A stretch of 63,897 nucleotides of DNA, the filler included, from Trichomonas gallinae (Eukaryota), in the NCBI GenBank assembly GCA_008369845.1. It is 5 parts of 5 records of this genome, joined end to end, with 100 filler letters (N's around TTAATTAATTAA, not from the genome) between each part and the next. Parts side by side here need not be neighbours in the genome. Positions count along the whole stretch, not along the records: positions 45,757 to 57,641 come from MRSU01000372.1; positions 57,742 to 62,400 come from MRSU01000389.1; positions 62,501 to 63,897 come from MRSU01000408.1; 2 more parts are not named here. One strand, 5' to 3'. Each line of letters starts with the position of its first letter. Position 1 is the first letter of the stretch. Of the stretch, positions 57,223 to 63,897 are shown piece after piece. The notes under the pieces were generated by a model, which made no database searches, had not been told where the DNA came from, and worked only from the letters and a program-made list of their open reading frames with translations. The position numbers and the translations under genes were made by a program.

Positions 57223-57641
57223 GACCACAATTTAAGAAAAACGGTCAAAAAGTGACCTTTTAGACAGGGGGTGCATCCATTTCAAATATTCTGAATGCTG
57301 GATTATGAAATAAAAAACTAAATTTTTGAGATAAATAGTCTCAAGAAATATAAGAAGATAGTACCAGCATCAGATATTGCGCCTTCTGTTGATCTCGCTG
57401 AGCATCTGGAAAAGATTCCTTGAGAGCTTTATAAATGTTACGTGTACAATCACTCATAAAGTGTGTAGGACCTCGAATGAACCACTGGAAAAACTTCATT
57501 AAACAATTCGATATATTGTCGCTGTTGTCGGGTTTTATGATGAACCAGAACAAAGGAAGATTGTGTGTTAACTCGAATTTTATTGCTAGAATATATAGTG
57601 CTATGTTGTCATGAAGTAGCTCGTATGTGCTGTCTAAATGA
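57223..57641 (-). mobile_element. Mutator-like (MULE) transposon remnant: transposase fragment and putative terminus
   Basis: Frame from the gap reads HLDSTYEL...LPLFWF...HFMSDCTRNIYKALKESFPDA (first two catalytic Asp of the MULE domain); the CxxH motif is missing; the terminus near 57223 is approximate. Confidence 0.8.
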
Positions 57642-57741
57642 NNNNNNNNNNNNNNNNNNNNNNNNNNNNNNNNNNNNNNNNNNNNTTAATTAATTAANNN
57701 NNNNNNNNNNNNNNNNNNNNNNNNNNNNNNNNNNNNNNNNN
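57642..57741. other. Assembly gap with artificial linker
   Basis: N-run containing TTAATTAATTAA. Confidence 0.98.
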
Positions 57742-58529
57742 GGAGAACAATCATCATTTTTGTATTCTTCCATAATGATTAAATTGTATTTACTTTTAAA
57801 AATTAAATATACGTATAAAAAATCAATATACCTTTAAAAATTTCAATATACGTATATTTTTTTTCAAATAGAGAGATTTTAGTTCTCAGAAAGTAACAAA
57901 GAACATTTAATAAATTATTTTGTGTTTTTCATATATGTTCTTTTCAAAAAATGCGGCAGCACCAAAAATCCCGTGCATTTATGGAAATTGCTCTGTAACG
58001 ACTTCAATATGGAACCTCATCCTCCATTCTTCCGGCTCAACTCAAAACATTGCTAGTCTGCATATGATGATCGCATCTATTTACGGAAATATGAATAAAA
58101 ATAACTGATTTCATATTGATTTCGAAATAAAAGCATGTATTCTGTATATTCTGGCTTGATATATATAATTTATTAGCAATTTATAGTATAAATGTATATA
58201 CTCAACATGCAGTTCTCGATGATATATGTAACAAATGAATCAGAATAATGCAAATTCATAGTATTAAGATAGAAATAAGCATGAAATATAGATATATATT
58301 AACTAGTGATGTCAACACAATAAAAAACATAGTTTAGATATTGCCCGCCTAAATTTGAAAGGAGTATAAAATTGAATAGTCCAGGGCGGGAAAATTTGAA
58401 TATAACTAAAAAGTAACATTTTTTCCGATGTAGATGACTCGCTTGGTGCCTCAAGTAGAATGCTATTAACCGTCAAGTTGAGAATTTTCTGCTATCCATT
58501 ATTTTTGATGTTACCGTTACATCATCAAC

Positions 58530-59712
58530 TTGATGGATCGAATTCTTCTTACGAATTGAGTTAAAGACATTTCTTACTCAATGGACAAGCGATCTAAATC
58601 CTTCATACTTTCTACGTAACTCATCGTCGATGAGCAGGTGACATGAGTGGAATGGCTTGCCTTTTGGAACACAGTTTATATTTCTCTTCATTACATAATA
58701 AACATCAGATTCTAACTGTATTCTACTTTGGAGTTTACGAAAAAAGGTTAATTTTAATTGTCTTCTGATGGATTCTCAATATACTTTTGAAGTAATTTCT
58801 AAAGATTTAGATATCTGTCAGCGCATAACTTATACAGAATCAGACCATGATTTTGGCTACACTACTTTTATTTGTAGAAAAATGCATTTTAAGAGCAGTC
58901 AGCTAGATGTTATCCGCATTGAAGACCAGCTCTAGCGGATAAGCAAGGAACATGATAAAGAGCTACGCTGCATCATTATAAACGACAATTGCGACACAAA
59001 TTACAAATCTACAATAACAAGATCAAAACAATACACAATCTACATAAATACCACAGATTGGATTGGAAATGCCATCCATGGACGATATAATGATAACCGA
59101 CCTTGTAGAATCAAACCAAAATGAATACTTTACGCCAGCTTGAAGAATTGAATAATATTTTTGACAGCCTCGAAGAAGCTGCCAAGTATCAAGTCCCCAT
59201 TGTTACAAATCATGATGTAAATTTCACTTATGAAGACTCATGAAGCCGATCGTTATGCAAAAGGGCGAGACATCTAAATACCAATTCAATGCATCCAATG
59301 AGAAGGAGTAGCAGGAATATGTTATAGCCACAGCTAAATGTAGCATCCCAACTCCCCGCAAGTTGTCGAGAGATCCGTCCCATAGGACGAGTCAGGCCAG
59401 GCCGATGACATCATCGAATACATCACCAAGAAATTTGCTAAGGAGCTTTATCGTAATGCATTCAACGTTAATGTCGGACTTCAACGACAAGAGGATCCTG
59501 AAGAAGAAACAGCGACAAGAATAAGCAGAGGAAGTTCAAGGCTGCCACAGAAAGAGCCTCTCAAACAATTCTCACAATCAGCCTTTACATGCGAAAATAC
59601 ATGGTAAGACATTTCCAAGGCTGACAAGGAGGAGATCAAGAAATCCCAGAAGCACAGGAATGGGAAGAATGTCATACAGGATCTCAAGAAGCCACATCTT
59701 GACCTACCATAG
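58530..59712 (+). pseudogene. Decayed coding sequence of unknown origin
   Basis: GC-richer, codon-like stretch broken by stops and frameshifts (e.g. ADDIIEYITKKFAKELYRNAF, KFKAATERASQTILTISLYMRKY). Confidence 0.5.
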
Positions 59713-60118
59713 CATCCATTCTATCTATATTAGAGTTTAATTACAGACTGTAAAACGCAACACACATTGATATTGACATACTTCCGAAAAAAACATAGTT
59801 TTTTAAACATTTACATGTGATGGATCAAATTAAGGGTTTTAATCAACAAGAGTACTATAACATATTATAATTATATAGATAGAATGTTTTTATCTATTTT
59901 TCATAGGAATGCAAACCAGATCTAATTTCGAAGGTAGGCGTATAGCGCATCATATTCATATAGAAGACCTCTATGAACATAAAGAAATATACTATGCTAT
60001 TTTTATTTCGAAAAAAATAACTCTTTTGCCTCTGTTGACAGGTTTTTCCTGTCGTTTTTATATTTGAGCTATTTAAATTGTCATAAATGTAAAGCTTTGA
60101 AAACTTACGGTTTGTCAA

Positions 60119-61162
60119 ATGGATTTTAAGGATGATGAATCTAAATCAAATTGTAATAGTAACATAGATTTCAATGAAATACAACTTTTCTCATCGAAAT
60201 TGACAGAATTAATTGAGAATAAACAGGAAGTTCAAGAAAATAGTGAAGATATTGGAAATTTTATAGAAAATAACAACAAATCATTGCATGACTGCCAAAG
60301 ATCCGAATTCATTGGTTTCATAAAGGGTATTCTTGAAAATTTCGAACATCTATCTTTGGATATTTTTACAAAATTTAACATTGAGGAAGGGTTTGATGCT
60401 TTAATGAGAGGGAATACAAACATCAATGTTGTTGTTGAATTAGATTTATTAGCAACATACGTAAAACGTGTGAAAACAGACTTCGCCATTCACATCTTAA
60501 ACTCTTTTTGTATTATTGACCATTTATATTTGTTCATGTATCATAATATAATCAGGAAGTGTATTTTGAATTCACTGGATTTCAATCATGATTTATTACA
60601 TTTTCTAAACTTTGAGCAAATGAAGGAAATCTATCAAAGTCCGGATTTTTTTATTGACACAATATTTGACATTTTTATAATGACCGATTTTTCATCAGAC
60701 GACAATGTTGAATATGTTAATAGCCATATACAATTCCTATTTGATTTCCTTGTTAGGAAAAATTTACCATCAAAGATTTATGCAAAAACAGTTCTAAATC
60801 TTACGAGGCATTTATTAAATATTCAAGCTGAAGATGCCATAAAAGATATAATTATTATTATTATAGAATTCCCAAATGATTGGCCACTCATATATAGGAT
60901 TTATTCTGCCAAATCCTTACTTCTAATTTTCAAAACTATGATACATCTTGATGTGATTTTAGATAATTTTACTCATCTTGAAGATAATATTTCATTGTTT
61001 ACTGATATTTCATTGATTTTTCTTGATGAATTTATGGAGTTATTAAATTTTATCCCAGATGATTCCACAATTGAAAAAATTAAAAAATGCGCGAGAAGAT
61101 TAAAGAAATTAGTATATACGGTTCAAGGAATTATGAAGACTTCCTCTTTCTTGATGTCATGA
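60119..61162 (+). CDS. Hypothetical helical (ARM-like) protein
   Basis: 347-aa ORF, rich in I/L/F/N. Confidence 0.7.
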   Translation: MDFKDDESKSNCNSNIDFNEIQLFSSKLTELIENKQEVQENSEDIGNFIENNNKSLHDCQRSEFIGFIKGILENFEHLSLDIFTKFNIEEGFDALMRGNTNINVVVELDLLATYVKRVKTDFAIHILNSFCIIDHLYLFMYHNIIRKCILNSLDFNHDLLHFLNFEQMKEIYQSPDFFIDTIFDIFIMTDFSSDDNVEYVNSHIQFLFDFLVRKNLPSKIYAKTVLNLTRHLLNIQAEDAIKDIIIIIIEFPNDWPLIYRIYSAKSLLLIFKTMIHLDVILDNFTHLEDNISLFTDISLIFLDEFMELLNFIPDDSTIEKIKKCARRLKKLVYTVQGIMKTSSFLMS

Positions 61163-61222
61163 CATCAAAGAAATGCATATCTTTTTTCAAAAAATGTTCT
61201 TTATTGAGATTTTTCATCAATT

Positions 61223-61323
61223 AATCAGATTTGTATATTAGTTTTATAATGGATTCATCAATCAGATTTGTTTATTAGTATTATAAGGAATTCTTCAATA
61301 AGATTTGTTTATGAGTACTATAT
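61223..61323. repeat. 37-bp tandem repeat (about 2.7 copies)
   Basis: AAT(C/A)AGATTTGT(A/T)TAT(T/G)AGT... at 61223, 61260 and 61297. Confidence 0.8.
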
Positions 61324-61642
61324 TGTAATGAGTGAAAAGGGTGCTGACATGTAAAAGCTAAAATTTGACATACAAAATGAAATTGTCAAATTTATTTAAA
61401 AGAATTATTAAGGAATTTTTAAAATGAAATTTAAAAATATTATTCTATATCATTTATATTTATATAATTTCAAATTTCATTTTTTAAAAATTCTTGAATT
61501 AAAAATTAGCTTTTTCACTATTAAATCAATAAATATAATACAGACATGATTTTTATCATGTTTTTTCACTTTTTATTATTTGTTACATGTCAGAATTGTA
61601 GACTCTCTTACACATTTTCATCCACCGTTTTCACTCATAACA
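61324..61642. mobile_element. 319-bp MITE/foldback-like element with TGT...ACA termini
   Basis: TIRs TGTAATGAGTGAAAAGGGTG (61324-61343) and CACCGTTTTCACTCATAACA (61623-61642) match 18/20; internal inverted segments; no clean TSD. Confidence 0.6.
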
Positions 61643-61682
61643 GGATATTTATTCATAAAAATTCATCAAATATACAATAAAA

Positions 61683-62240
61683 TTATTTTTGTCGTGCTTT
61701 TGCGAGTTCATTCTTAACTTTTCTCTTTGTACCAGTTAAATCAATTAGATGCCGAGTTAAACTATTTAATTCATTATCATGAATTTCCAGAATAGAAGTT
61801 TTGACAAAATACGCTTCATAATAGCATGAACAGTCAAAAATTCTTTTGATAAAATAAATCAGCTCATCACATGGCATGTATTGTGGTGATCCTTCAAGTA
61901 AATGATATGGGAATGGTTCATTAGTTTGTTTCTTTGTTTTGGCCCATGTTAGATAATTATTTTCAATTTTGATCTTGCATGCATTAACAGAAATTCTGAG
62001 ATGCGGGAAAATAAGCGAAGGCGGAGCTTTTATAATTTGTGATTTGTAGAAACGAGCTACATGTTCACATGGCACAAATGTATGAAACAGTTTAAAACTT
62101 TTACTTAAGTCGCATGTTTGACATGGAATTGTGGTTGACTCTGGGCACACTTTTTTAGCATGTCTGAATGCTCGTAATGCAGTCTCATTTGAGATTGAAG
62201 TACATCCATTTGCTTTTTTGATTATATATTTACGAGTGTA
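61683..62240 (-). pseudogene. 5'-truncated hypothetical gene
   Basis: The frame stays open upstream of the GTG at 62150 up to a TAG at 62243-62241 with no ATG; it ends where the repeat-rich segment begins. Confidence 0.55.
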
Positions 62241-62400
62241 CTACATTTTCCCAAAAAGTGACACTTGAAAAGTGACACTTTAAGCAGGGAGTGACACCAA
62301 AAGTGACACCAAAAAGTGACACCGTCTTTAACTAAATATTATCATTATATTTTCACTTTTTTGTCTATAATGTTAATAATTATACATAATGAAAAATACA
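62241..62400. mobile_element. Putative transposon terminus with five AGTGACAC subterminal repeats, running into a gap
   Basis: AGTGACAC at 62257, 62271, 62290, 62302 and 62315; shares AAAAGTGAC..TTT..CAGGG(A/G)GTG with the MULE end at about 57248-57273. Confidence 0.5.
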
Positions 62401-62500
62401 NNNNNNNNNNNNNNNNNNNNNNNNNNNNNNNNNNNNNNNNNNNNTTAATTAATTAANNNNNNNNNNNNNNNNNNNNNNNNNNNNNNNNNNNNNNNNNNNN
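62401..62500. other. Assembly gap with artificial linker
   Basis: N-run containing TTAATTAATTAA. Confidence 0.98.
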
Positions 62501-62573
62501 GCATTGAAAGGTAATTGAGAGGATGCCACAGAGTTTAAGATGACTTCATTTTAGGAAAAAGAAATCGGATTTC

Positions 62574-63827
62574 ATGTCCTCTTTATTCCGCAGAGAGTTA
62601 TTATACGCAGCAATCGTCTGCCTCACTCCTCTCGGCTTCGGCTACTTGATTGGTTACCCTTCGCCTGCTGCAACATACTTCCGCTCTAAGTGGGAGAAGT
62701 TCCCAGAGAGGAACTGGTCATTGTTCGTTGCAATCAGCCAGCTTACTGGTGCAATCGGTCCTTACATTCCTTCTCTCCTCTTCAAGTTCGGTCTCGGAAG
62801 AAGATTAGTCACATCAATCATCGACGTCCTCTCTATCATATTCTGGGTCATCTTGATCTTCCTTAACGAGAAGACATTCTGGATGGGCTTCGTCATCAGA
62901 ATCTTACAAGGCTTCATGCTTGGTGCATTCTCCGCACTCGGACCTCTCTTGCTCCTCGAAGTTGCACCAGCAGAGCAGACAGGCCTCTACGGAACATTCA
63001 ACCAGATCTTCATCGTCATCGGCATCATCATCCTTTACTTGATTGGCGAGTACCAGAAGCCATGGGTCATGTGCCTGTACTGCGCAATCTCACACGCACT
63101 CCAGCTCGGCCTCATCTGGCTCATCCCAGAGACAGCGATGCACAAGGACGAACCAAAGGACGACAACAAGGAGGAAGAGCACAAGGAGTCTATCTTCCAG
63201 AAGCAGTACATCTGGCCACTCATCGTTCTCATCTTGATCATGCTCACACAGCAGTTCTCAGGCATCAACGCTATCCTCTCAGACATCAACACACTCTTCG
63301 AGGATGCAAACATCAAGGGAATCAGCTCCGGCATCCAGTCGACAATCGCGACATGCGCACAGCTCATCGCATGCTTCTTCTCTGGTGGCCTCATCAAACT
63401 CCTCGGACGCCGCGTAATGTGGACAATCTCTGGCGTCGTCTGCGCTGCATCCCTAATCATCTTCGGCTTCAACTCTAAGAACAACTGGTCGAACGTCCTC
63501 CCAGTCATCCTCATCTTCCTCTACCAGTTCGGCTTCGGTCTCGGCCTCGCCCCAATGCCATGGTACTCATCACCAGAGATGTTCCCACCGTCAGTCAGAC
63601 CAATGGCATCTTCAATCAACGGAATGACATCTTGGCTCTTCTCCTTCATCATCGTCTTCGCATCACCAGCAATGACTAAGAGCATGGGCGCCCTCGGCAC
63701 ATTCCTCTTCTACGGCATCGTCACGATCGCCGGCACAGTCTTCGGCTTCTGGTTCATCAAGGAGCCACAGGCCGACAAGGCAGAGTCACTCGACAACGAG
63801 GAGCCATCCAACAAGGAGACAGTCTAA
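62574..63827 (+). CDS. MFS sugar porter (GLUT-like)
   Basis: GYPSP, GLGRR, EVAP, QQFSGINAI, LGRR, GLAPMPW..PEMFP..R; multiple TM segments; strong codon bias. Confidence 0.95.
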   Translation: MSSLFRRELLYAAIVCLTPLGFGYLIGYPSPAATYFRSKWEKFPERNWSLFVAISQLTGAIGPYIPSLLFKFGLGRRLVTSIIDVLSIIFWVILIFLNEKTFWMGFVIRILQGFMLGAFSALGPLLLLEVAPAEQTGLYGTFNQIFIVIGIIILYLIGEYQKPWVMCLYCAISHALQLGLIWLIPETAMHKDEPKDDNKEEEHKESIFQKQYIWPLIVLILIMLTQQFSGINAILSDINTLFEDANIKGISSGIQSTIATCAQLIACFFSGGLIKLLGRRVMWTISGVVCAASLIIFGFNSKNNWSNVLPVILIFLYQFGFGLGLAPMPWYSSPEMFPPSVRPMASSINGMTSWLFSFIIVFASPAMTKSMGALGTFLFYGIVTIAGTVFGFWFIKEPQADKAESLDNEEPSNKETV

Positions 63828-63897
63828 GATTCATTTCGTCCACATTTTTTATTTTTTAGTAAATTATTTATATTTGTTTCAAACAACTATTATTTCC

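Overview
AT-rich, gene-dense, almost intron-free eukaryotic DNA that looks like a trichomonad (Trichomonas-like parabasalid). This is inferred from BspA-like, ankyrin and XYPPX-repeat genes, TCATT/TCACT initiator-like motifs next to ATGs, and a 25-nt intron in a Rab1-like gene. It is a pseudo-scaffold: four 100-nt N-gaps each carry an artificial TTAATTAATTAA linker, so adjacency across gaps is not proven. About 35 protein genes are present. They include trafficking genes (Rab1, a second Rab, syntaxin-5-like, alpha-SNAP, WDR11-like, maspardin-like, a putative AP-5 beta subunit), RNA and chromatin genes (RPL31, CBP20, SmF, Trm11, Scc3/STAG, an EXD1-like exonuclease, an Eaf6-like protein), two kinases, LRR proteins, a BspA protein, cytochrome b5 and a sugar porter. 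There are also pseudogenes and transposon remnants. The most notable non-obvious signals are: (1) a Rab1 gene missed by the ORF track because of its 25-nt intron; (2) an 11-nt motif TG(A/C)CA(C/T)GTAAA recurring upstream of many genes, in tandem arrays and in fixed-spacing inverted pairs; (3) a 319-bp TGT...ACA foldback element carrying that motif; (4) a MULE remnant just upstream of the BspA gene; (5) a GH47 mannosidase that appears to have lost its catalytic residues. All protein family calls come from motif recognition by eye, not from database searches.
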